From Chitinophaga pinensis (GTDB taxonomy: Bacteria > Bacteroidota > Bacteroidia > Chitinophagales > Chitinophagaceae), in contig CALRVT010000009.1 of NCBI GenBank assembly GCA_943371675.1, positions 21,040-85,039 on the forward strand: a DNA stretch of 64,000 nucleotides, written 5' to 3'. The position numbers were made by a program, and so were the translations under genes. Below the pieces are notes generated by a model, which was not told the origin of the DNA, did no database searches, and saw only the letters and a program-made list of their open reading frames with translations. Below are positions 39,303-46,691 of this stretch, piece by piece. Numbering within the stretch: position 1 is the first letter of the stretch; each line of letters starts with the position of its first letter.

Positions 39303-39647
39303 TTAATCTGGCAATACCAATGATTTTAATTTCAACTCTTTACCCTTTAAAATAGAAACCAGTTGGCTCTTACATTCCGGGCAATTATCATAAATTTCCT
39401 GCATGTCAAAAACATGCTCGCAATCAAGACAAATTGCCTTTCCTTCTATTCGGTTTATTCTTCTGGTGCTATACTCCAGCACTGATTTTTTGATGGCTTG
39501 TTTCCAGGCAAAATCAAAAGAATCCATTTCAATACCACATAAGCAACCTATGTCCAGCTCTATCTCTTCGATGGCTGATGCATTGTACTGTTTAGCCTGA
39601 CTGGTAGCCAGTTCCACAATACTCATAGCAATAGAAAGCTCGTGCAT
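39303..39647 (-). CDS. hypA: Hydrogenase nickel insertion protein HypA
   Basis: It has the MHELSIA N-terminus and the zinc motif CLDCEH...CPECKS. Total length is 114 aa. Confidence 0.9.
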   Translation of the reverse strand: MHELSIAMSIVELATSQAKQYNASAIEEIELDIGCLCGIEMDSFDFAWKQAIKKSVLEYSTRRINRIEGKAICLDCEHVFDMQEIYDNCPECKSQLVSILKGKELKLKSLVLPD

Positions 39648-39658
39648 ATTGCTTTCTT

Positions 39659-39853
39659 TTAAGACTGTCTTTTCTTTCTGGCTCTAGCCAAATAAATAAC
39701 GGTAACAGCAAATGCGCCCAGGGTAAGCAATGCATGTTGTGGTTCAGTAAAATAATGGATAATCGTGTATCCACCGTCGGAACCGCCGTGTCCGGGATGC
39801 GCCTGACTTATAAACGGGAAAAGCAATGCTGTAAGAGATAGTAGTTTTTTCAT
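39659..39853 (-). CDS. 64-aa exported His-rich single-pass membrane protein, first ORF of the hyp operon (HupE/UreJ N-terminus-like)
   Basis: It has a signal peptide (MKKLLSLTALLFPFISQA), a mature N-terminus HPGHGG, an H33-x6-H40 pair, a TM segment (ALLTLGAFAVTVIYLA) and an RARKKRQS tail. It ends 11 nt before hypA. Confidence 0.5.
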   Translation of the reverse strand: MKKLLSLTALLFPFISQAHPGHGGSDGGYTIIHYFTEPQHALLTLGAFAVTVIYLARARKKRQS

Positions 39854-40006
39854 AAACAGTGTTTTTTATATCAAGTGTATGCAAAGTAGAAAATGGATTA
39901 GCGGTATTATATGATAATAGTCATCTTTTTTAGTGATATCCGTCATTTTGATACGCCCTTAACCTTTCTACTTTGTACTCGCATTTTTACCTAAAACTTC
40001 CTGCAT

Positions 40007-41137
40007 ATGTCTAACGAGCTTGTACCTACCAAACAGCCAACTTATTATGAAGAAGTAGAACGCAAAGGTTATAACCGTCGCGACTTTCTACAATTCGTAA
40101 GTATGATGACCGCATTTATCGGCCTGGAAAATTCTGCCATTGGGCAAGTAGCCAAGGCCCTGGAAACCAAACCCCGTGTGCCAGTTATCTGGCTTCATTT
40201 TCAGGAATGCACTTGCTGCAGTGAGAGCTTTATTCGCTCTTCACATCCAATTGTAGCAGATATCTTATTAGATAAGATCTCTCTAGATTACACAGAAACA
40301 TTAATGGCTGCATCCGGTTTTCAGGCAGAGGAAGCCATGCACAATACGATGAAAAAATATAAGGGTGAATATATATTATGTGTTGAAGGCAGTGTGCCAA
40401 TGGGTGCAGATGGCGTTTATTGCATGATTGGTGGTAAAACATCCCTACAAATTCTGGAGGAAGCAGCAGAAGGCGCCAAAGCCATCATCGCCTGGGGTAG
40501 TTGCGCCAGTAACGGTTGTGTACAATCGGCCAAACCTAATCCAACAGGTGCCACACCAATTCATAAACTAATCAAAGGCAAACCAGTTATCAAAGTTCCA
40601 GGGTGCCCTCCTATTGGTGAGGTAATGGCTGGCGTAATTGTACACCTTGTTACATTCGACAGGATTCCAGAGCTAGACCGTTTGGGTAGACCAAAAGCAT
40701 TTTACAGCAAAAGGGTACACGATACCTGCTACCGCCGCCCTTACTATGATGCGGGTTTATATGTAGAAAGCTTCGACGATGAAAATGCTAAAAAAGGTTA
40801 TTGCTTATATAAAGTAGGCTGCAAAGGTCCTTCAACCTATAATGCCTGTGGCGTAACCAAATGGAATAATGGCACCAGCTTCCCTATTCAATCCGGACAC
40901 CCTTGTATTGGTTGCAGTGAAGAAAACTTCTGGGATAACGGAAGATTTTATGAAAGAGGTTCTGCTTTTGCCGGCTTTGGAATTGAAGCCAATGCCGACA
41001 CATTTGGTAAAGTGGCATTGGGTGTAACTGCTGCTGCCATTGCCGGGCATGCTGTTATGACCAATGTGCGCAAGAATAAATTAATCACTGACCTGGAAAA
41101 AGAAGGCATCCAAAGCGAACAAGAACTAAAATCCTGA
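40007..41137 (+). CDS. hupS: [NiFe]-hydrogenase small subunit, Tat-exported, group 1 membrane-bound type
   Basis: It has a twin-arginine motif (NRRDFLQF). The proximal-cluster region reads [20 protein letters not shown] and [19 protein letters not shown]. It ends in a C-terminal TM anchor. Confidence 0.9.
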   Translation: MSNELVPTKQPTYYEEVERKGYNRRDFLQFVSMMTAFIGLENSAIGQVAKALETKPRVPVIWLHFQECTCCSESFIRSSHPIVADILLDKISLDYTETLMAASGFQAEEAMHNTMKKYKGEYILCVEGSVPMGADGVYCMIGGKTSLQILEEAAEGAKAIIAWGSCASNGCVQSAKPNPTGATPIHKLIKGKPVIKVPGCPPIGEVMAGVIVHLVTFDRIPELDRLGRPKAFYSKRVHDTCYRRPYYDAGLYVESFDDENAKKGYCLYKVGCKGPSTYNACGVTKWNNGTSFPIQSGHPCIGCSEENFWDNGRFYERGSAFAGFGIEANADTFGKVALGVTAAAIAGHAVMTNVRKNKLITDLEKEGIQSEQELKS

Positions 41138-41162
41138 TTCTTCACTTTTTACAATTTGCTAT

Positions 41163-42887
41163 ATGAGTAAAAGAATTGTTGTAGACCCCATCACCAGAAT
41201 TGAAGGCCATCTGCGTATAGAAGCAGATATAGAAAATGGCAAGATCAAAGACGCATTCAGCAGTGGTACCATGGTTAGATTGCTGGAAGAGATTCTACGT
41301 GGCCGCGACCCGCGGGATGCGTGGGCCTTTGTTGGACGCGTATGTGGCGTATGTACTTCTGTTCACTCGCTTACTTCTGTAAGGTGTGTGGAAGATGCAT
41401 TAGATATAGTAGTTCCTCCCAATGCAGAATTGGTTAGGAATATTATGTTTTGTGCACAGTATATGCATGACCATGTGGTGCATTTTTATCATTTGCATGC
41501 AATGGATTGGGTAGATGTGGTGAACGCTTTAAAAGCTGATCCTAAAAAGACCTCAGAACTGGCTCAAAGTATTTCACACTGGCCAAAAAGCTCTGAAGGA
41601 TATTTCAGTGATATACAAACACGTATCAAAAAATTCGTAGAAAGCGGTCAGCTCGGCATTTTCGCCAATGGCTATTGGGGACACCCTGCTTACAAACTTC
41701 CCGCAGAAGTTAACCTGATCGGTTTGGCGCATTACCTGGAAGCTTTGGAATGGCAGAAAGAAATTGTTAAGATCCATGCCATTTTTGGCGGTAAGAACCC
41801 ACACCCGAATTATTTGGTTGGTGGTATGGCCTGTTCCATTAGTATAGATGATGTAAGTGGTATCAATGCAGAAAGACTGGCTTATGTACAGCAACTTTTA
41901 CTGGATGGCAAGAAATTTATAGAGCAGGTTTATATTCCTGATTTGATGGCAATAGCCTCTTTCTATAAAGACTGGGGAGTCATTGGTGGCGGTTTGGGTA
42001 ATTTCTTGGTATATGGAGATTTACCGGTTAACGGATACAGAGATGCTTCCTCCTTTAAATTCCCTGCTGGTGCTATTTTGAATAAGGATATCAGTAAGGT
42101 ATATGATGTTGATCTTAGAAAAGAAGATGAAGTGCAGGAATTCATCAAACACTCCTGGTATGAATACAAAGGAGGTGATGATGTAGGCTTACATCCATGG
42201 AAAGGCGAAAGCAAAGTAAAATATACCGGTCCTAAACCTCCTTTCGAAAACCTGGATACCACACAAAAATACAGCTACCTAAAAACACCAAGGTGGAAAG
42301 GTCATGCAATGGAAGTGGGTCCGCTAGCCCGTGTATTGGTTGGCTATGCAAGAGGTAAAGAAGAATACAAAGCCGTTGTTGATAAGGCATTAAAAGATCT
42401 GAATATTCCGGTAACAGCACTCTTCTCTACATTAGGTAGAACTGCTGCCCGTGGATTGGAAAGTGTATTGGTAGCAGGCTGGAGTCTTGAATTTTTTGAT
42501 AAACTGATAGCCAATATCAAAAACGGTGATACAAGAATGGCTGATACCACTAAGTTTGACCCATCCACCTGGCCTAAACAAGCGATGGGCGTTGGACAAG
42601 CAGAAGCACCAAGGGGTGCACTGGCACACTGGATCAATATCGACAATGAAAAAATTGCTAATTACCAGTTAGTTGTTCCTACTACTTGGAACGCATCACC
42701 CAGAGATGGTAAAAGTGGCTTGTCTGCCTATGAATCTTCTTTAATAGATACACCGGTAGCCAATGAAACACAACCATTGGAGATCATAAGAACCATACAC
42801 AGTTTTGATCCTTGTATGGCCTGCAGTGTGCATCTGTATGATGAAGATGGCAAAACAATTAGTAGGATCAGTGTTGTAGGAGAATAA
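41163..42887 (+). CDS. hupL: [NiFe]-hydrogenase large subunit
   Basis: It has the N-terminal ITRIEGH motif and the L1 motif RVCGVCTSVH. The C-terminal motif is DPCMACSVH, followed by a cleavable extension. Total length is 574 aa. Confidence 0.9.
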   Translation: MSKRIVVDPITRIEGHLRIEADIENGKIKDAFSSGTMVRLLEEILRGRDPRDAWAFVGRVCGVCTSVHSLTSVRCVEDALDIVVPPNAELVRNIMFCAQYMHDHVVHFYHLHAMDWVDVVNALKADPKKTSELAQSISHWPKSSEGYFSDIQTRIKKFVESGQLGIFANGYWGHPAYKLPAEVNLIGLAHYLEALEWQKEIVKIHAIFGGKNPHPNYLVGGMACSISIDDVSGINAERLAYVQQLLLDGKKFIEQVYIPDLMAIASFYKDWGVIGGGLGNFLVYGDLPVNGYRDASSFKFPAGAILNKDISKVYDVDLRKEDEVQEFIKHSWYEYKGGDDVGLHPWKGESKVKYTGPKPPFENLDTTQKYSYLKTPRWKGHAMEVGPLARVLVGYARGKEEYKAVVDKALKDLNIPVTALFSTLGRTAARGLESVLVAGWSLEFFDKLIANIKNGDTRMADTTKFDPSTWPKQAMGVGQAEAPRGALAHWINIDNEKIANYQLVVPTTWNASPRDGKSGLSAYESSLIDTPVANETQPLEIIRTIHSFDPCMACSVHLYDEDGKTISRISVVGE

Positions 42888-42917
42888 TCATTGCTTCAAA
42901 AAATCAAGCAAGTAACT

Positions 42918-43649
42918 ATGAAAACGAAATACCTGCATGTTCATCGTCTTCGTCGTGTGTATGTATGGGAATTACCTGTACGCTATTATCACTGGCTGAA
43001 TGCCGGGGCAATCATAGCACTCATTATAACCGGATTTTTAATTGCAGACCCTCTTGCCTTACAGAGCAAGCAGGAAGCAACCATGCGTTTTACCATGGGC
43101 TGGGTAAGGGTAATACATTTTGTTGCATCGTATATCTTCTTCTTTAATTTTCTGTTCAGGCTATACTGGGGTTATGCAGGAAATAAATATGCCAATTGGA
43201 AACAGTTCATTCCTATTTCAAAAAAATTCATCAAAGAAATGTGGACTGTTTTTAAAATTGATATCCTGATGCTGAAAGGAAAAGAACATATCAGCATAGG
43301 CCATAATGCTATGGCAGGATTTATTTATTTTCTAACATTCTGGGCTTTTTTGATCCAGTGCCTTACAGGATTTGGTTTATATGCTTCTACAGGTACCTGG
43401 TGGCTTCCAAAAATGTTTGCATGGGTGCCAGCAGTATTGGGTGGTGATATTGTAACCAGACAGGTACACCATTGGACCATGTGGTTTTTTATTCTGTTTG
43501 CTGTGATTCATGTGTACCTAGTTTTTTACCACGATTATATTGAAGGCCGCGGAGAAATAAGCAGTATGGGCGGAGGTTGGAAATTTATTGAAGAAGAGGT
43601 TTTCGAAAACGAAGAACACCATACACCAAATTCTGAAAAGAAAAGCTAA
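42918..43649 (+). CDS. hupC: Ni/Fe-hydrogenase b-type cytochrome subunit
   Basis: It has four TM helices with conserved His residues (YYHWLNA, VIHF, VHHW..VIHV). The ORF track starts at TTG 42891, and ATG 42918 is preferred. Confidence 0.85.
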   Translation: MKTKYLHVHRLRRVYVWELPVRYYHWLNAGAIIALIITGFLIADPLALQSKQEATMRFTMGWVRVIHFVASYIFFFNFLFRLYWGYAGNKYANWKQFIPISKKFIKEMWTVFKIDILMLKGKEHISIGHNAMAGFIYFLTFWAFLIQCLTGFGLYASTGTWWLPKMFAWVPAVLGGDIVTRQVHHWTMWFFILFAVIHVYLVFYHDYIEGRGEISSMGGGWKFIEEEVFENEEHHTPNSEKKS

Positions 43650-44149
43650 TGCAGAAAGACCCACACATACTAATTCTAGGCATAGGTAATTACCTGATGG
43701 GAGATGAAGGTATTGGCGTTCATGTTGCCAATAGATTATCAGCCATGCATTTGCCCACTGATATCCAAATAGTAGATGGTGGTACAGGGGGCTTTCACCT
43801 CTTACAATATTTTGAAGAGCATGAAACGGTAATTTTAATTGATGCAACCTTAGATAAAAACCCTGTTGGCACCATAAGACTTATAGAGCCCCATTATGCG
43901 AAAGATTTTCCGCAGGCTATGAGTACCCATGATATTGGGTTGAGGGATATGGTAAATGCACTGCAATTGATGGATAAAATGCCACATATCTATTTGTTTG
44001 TCGTTAGCATAGAATCCATACAACAGCAAGGCATTACATTAACACCAGAAATTGAAGCTATTATTCCAGACCTGATTCAACAGATCCTTTCACTATCAGG
44101 AAGACTAGAATTTGAGGAAATGGTAAACGAAGTTTCTATCATTTCCTAA
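43649..44149 (+). CDS. hupD: Hydrogenase maturation endopeptidase (HyaD/HupD family)
   Basis: It has the ILILGIGNYLMGDEGIGVHV motif. Its start overlaps the cytochrome b stop by 1 nt (TAATG). Confidence 0.9.
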   Translation: MQKDPHILILGIGNYLMGDEGIGVHVANRLSAMHLPTDIQIVDGGTGGFHLLQYFEEHETVILIDATLDKNPVGTIRLIEPHYAKDFPQAMSTHDIGLRDMVNALQLMDKMPHIYLFVVSIESIQQQGITLTPEIEAIIPDLIQQILSLSGRLEFEEMVNEVSIIS

Positions 44150-44155
44150 AATCAA

Positions 44156-44698
44156 TTATTCTTTAGCTTTTACTGGTGGCTTTCCTCCCTCTGGAACAAA
44201 GATGAGCGCAGCAGAATTTAAACAATATCTTTTACCGGTAGGTTCAGGTCCATCATCGAATACATGGCCAAGATGAGAGCCGCTTTTGCTGTCAACCACA
44301 GCTAACCGAACCATGCCATGACTATTATCTCTAACTAATCGCACTGCATCTGGTGTTATAGGTGCAAAGAAACTGGGCCATCCGGTACCCGAATTAAATT
44401 TTTCTTCAGAACTAAAAATAGGTTGCAGTGATGCAGCTGAATAATAAGTTCCTTTTTGAGAATGATGGTCATACTTACCCGTACCGGCTCTTTCTGTACC
44501 CTCCTCTCTGAGAATAAAAAATTGCTCAGGAGTTAATCGCTGTTTCCATTCCGCTTCGGTGAACTGAATTGGGTAAACGGTTTTACTGTTGGCAAAGGGA
44601 GGGTCAGGATATTTTTTTGACTGGCCAATTAAATTGTTGGTCATCAAAAGCAGGGAGCTTAAGATGAAAAAGTAAAATGTGAAAATCCTTTTTTTCAT
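44156..44698 (-). CDS. msrB: Peptide-methionine (R)-S-oxide reductase MsrB, exported, one-Cys/zinc-less form
   Basis: It has a signal peptide. Motifs are [15 protein letters not shown] and RYCLNS, the last holding the only Cys in the protein. Confidence 0.85.
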   Translation of the reverse strand: MKKRIFTFYFFILSSLLLMTNNLIGQSKKYPDPPFANSKTVYPIQFTEAEWKQRLTPEQFFILREEGTERAGTGKYDHHSQKGTYYSAASLQPIFSSEEKFNSGTGWPSFFAPITPDAVRLVRDNSHGMVRLAVVDSKSGSHLGHVFDDGPEPTGKRYCLNSAALIFVPEGGKPPVKAKE

Positions 44699-44835
44699 TA
44701 TATACTATTTTATATTGAAGACGTAAGTCAGGCTTTGCACTTACATTTCCTGTTCTTTTTAACAATTGAACTTACAAAATTGTTTTAGCCCATCATTTTT
44801 GTTGTGCCAATGATTTTCTAATCTTCCTCAAGATG

Positions 44836-46581
44836 TCAGTCCACTTTAACAACTGCCGTTCTTTTGCCAATGCCATTCTCATTAAAAGCTTCTATCTGAA
44901 AATAATAAGGTTGGTCTTTCTCCATGGCTGAAAAATAATATTCATTGGTACCGTACACCATTATACTAGTATACAATTTATCCGGAGCAGTTCCTGTATA
45001 GATGGTATAGCCGGTAGCTTCGGGTAAAGGTTGCCATTTAAGCCAACTATTCCTGCGCTCAGTTTCGCCGCGTAACACAATAAAATGTGGCACTTCACCG
45101 GGGGCTTTTCCGGTGCCATTTCCAAATACCCTCAATCCGCTGATGGCAAATTTACCTGTGGGCATATGGATATTTTCCAATTTAAGGTAGCGGGCATTTA
45201 CCGGATTGGCTAATTCTACATATTCATGAGGGATATCTGTTTGATTAGCACTTTTATCTACCAATATTTTCCAACTGACCCCATCATTAGAACTATACAA
45301 TTTGTATTGATGAAAATTATTGGTTTGTTTTCCCATCAAGCTTGCATCCTGATCAGCATAATTAATTTGCACCGCTTTAATTGTAGCAACCGCTCCTAGA
45401 TCTGTTTGCAACCACTCACCTTTATTGGCTGTTGCAGCACTCCAATAGGTTTTAATATCTTCATCAACTGATAAATTAGCTGAAAATGCACCCAGAGTAG
45501 ATGATACTTTTACAGGTTTCTGGTAATTCAATAACATCCAACCCGTAAACTGGGTACTTGAATGCTTTGCATTTGCATTTGGCAAATAATGCGGATAATC
45601 ACCAAAAGCCGTATTCGCTGTAAGAATACCATCCTTATCAAAGTCGGCAGGCCAAATACCAATTCTTCTTTCAAAATTATTCTTAGTGCCTATTACAATA
45701 GTTGATACATGCCACCATTGTTTGTATATGTCCTGGTAAGTTGCTCCATGACCTGCACCTTTGGCAAAACCGCCAGGTTTGTAAGAAAATGGATTGTGAG
45801 ATTGGTAAGTGAAAGGACCTAACGGTTTGTCGGATATATATACGCCATCACCATATCCACTAAATTCTGTTCCGGGAGCACCATATTGTAAATAATATTT
45901 ACCATTGAATTTATTTACCCAGGCCCCTTCCATAAAGGGTTTGAGAAAGGTATTGTCGTTATGTTCCCCAAACCTTTCCCATCCATGAACATCATCATGT
46001 AAACGGATCATTTCTTTTTTCTCACCGATAGGTTGCAATGTTTTGCGGTCGATCTCCTGTCCATACAAAGGATAAAAATTACTGGATCCCCAATACAGGT
46101 AAACCCTTTTATCATCATCTACCAAAAAACCAGGGTCCCAGGCACCAGCCTGAAAAGAATCCACGGCTTCCTTCCATTCATCTTTCTGCGGATTGGTACT
46201 CATCCATAAAGGGAAGTTCTTTTCATGTGTAGAACCTATCACCAATAAGGTATCTCCTAATACCAATGTAGCAGGCGCACACAATTCATCATACACTTTA
46301 TGCCAGGGTTTTAAAAATTTACGCGAAACAAAATTCCATTTCAGCATATCTGAACTCCACCAATAACCCCATTGGTTGGTGGAGAATAAATAATAATTTC
46401 CTTTAAACAATGTGATCACAGGATCAGCTGTAGCTCTGTGTTTGCCCTGTTCCGTAAAATTAGGAATGGGACAAAACCCATAGTCGATATTGATCGGATT
46501 ACAATAGGTTTTCTGCTGGGCATCCAATGTATGGGTTATCGCCAATAATAAGACAAGGCAAAAAGCGAAATGTGATTTCAT
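44836..46581 (-). CDS. Glycoside hydrolase family 43-like protein with discoidin (F5/8 type C) and Fn3-like C-terminal domains
   Basis: It has a signal peptide and a five-bladed-propeller-like N-half (ADPVITLFKGNYYLF, MEGAWVNKFNGKYYLQYG). The discoidin-like segment reads KTYWSA...GEWLQTDLG...I.AVQINY. Confidence 0.7.
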   Translation of the reverse strand: MKSHFAFCLVLLLAITHTLDAQQKTYCNPINIDYGFCPIPNFTEQGKHRATADPVITLFKGNYYLFSTNQWGYWWSSDMLKWNFVSRKFLKPWHKVYDELCAPATLVLGDTLLVIGSTHEKNFPLWMSTNPQKDEWKEAVDSFQAGAWDPGFLVDDDKRVYLYWGSSNFYPLYGQEIDRKTLQPIGEKKEMIRLHDDVHGWERFGEHNDNTFLKPFMEGAWVNKFNGKYYLQYGAPGTEFSGYGDGVYISDKPLGPFTYQSHNPFSYKPGGFAKGAGHGATYQDIYKQWWHVSTIVIGTKNNFERRIGIWPADFDKDGILTANTAFGDYPHYLPNANAKHSSTQFTGWMLLNYQKPVKVSSTLGAFSANLSVDEDIKTYWSAATANKGEWLQTDLGAVATIKAVQINYADQDASLMGKQTNNFHQYKLYSSNDGVSWKILVDKSANQTDIPHEYVELANPVNARYLKLENIHMPTGKFAISGLRVFGNGTGKAPGEVPHFIVLRGETERRNSWLKWQPLPEATGYTIYTGTAPDKLYTSIMVYGTNEYYFSAMEKDQPYYFQIEAFNENGIGKRTAVVKVD

Positions 46582-46649
46582 GTTATGAGTGATTTTCTAT
46601 GCTAAAAACTATTTCTCATTTTTCTTTGCTGTTGGATCAAGTTGTTGCC

Positions 46650-46688
46650 AACCGCAGAGAAAAGAGAGCGGGGAGTTTTCGCAGAGGG
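46650..46688. repeat. Possible diverged family B copy (AACCGCAGAG...TTCGCAGAGGG)
   Basis: It has the same AACCGCA(A/G)AG ... TTCGC(A)(A/G)AGG framing as the copies at 33560 and 35833. It sits in the spacer between the GH43 and acylase genes. Confidence 0.3.
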
Positions 46689-46691
46689 ATT

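Noticed and set aside
39592-39774. 60-aa minus-strand ORF overlapping the hypA start and the 64-aa ORF
   Set aside because: It is out of frame with two better-supported genes and has no signal or TM logic. It overlaps the conserved MHELSIA start of hypA.
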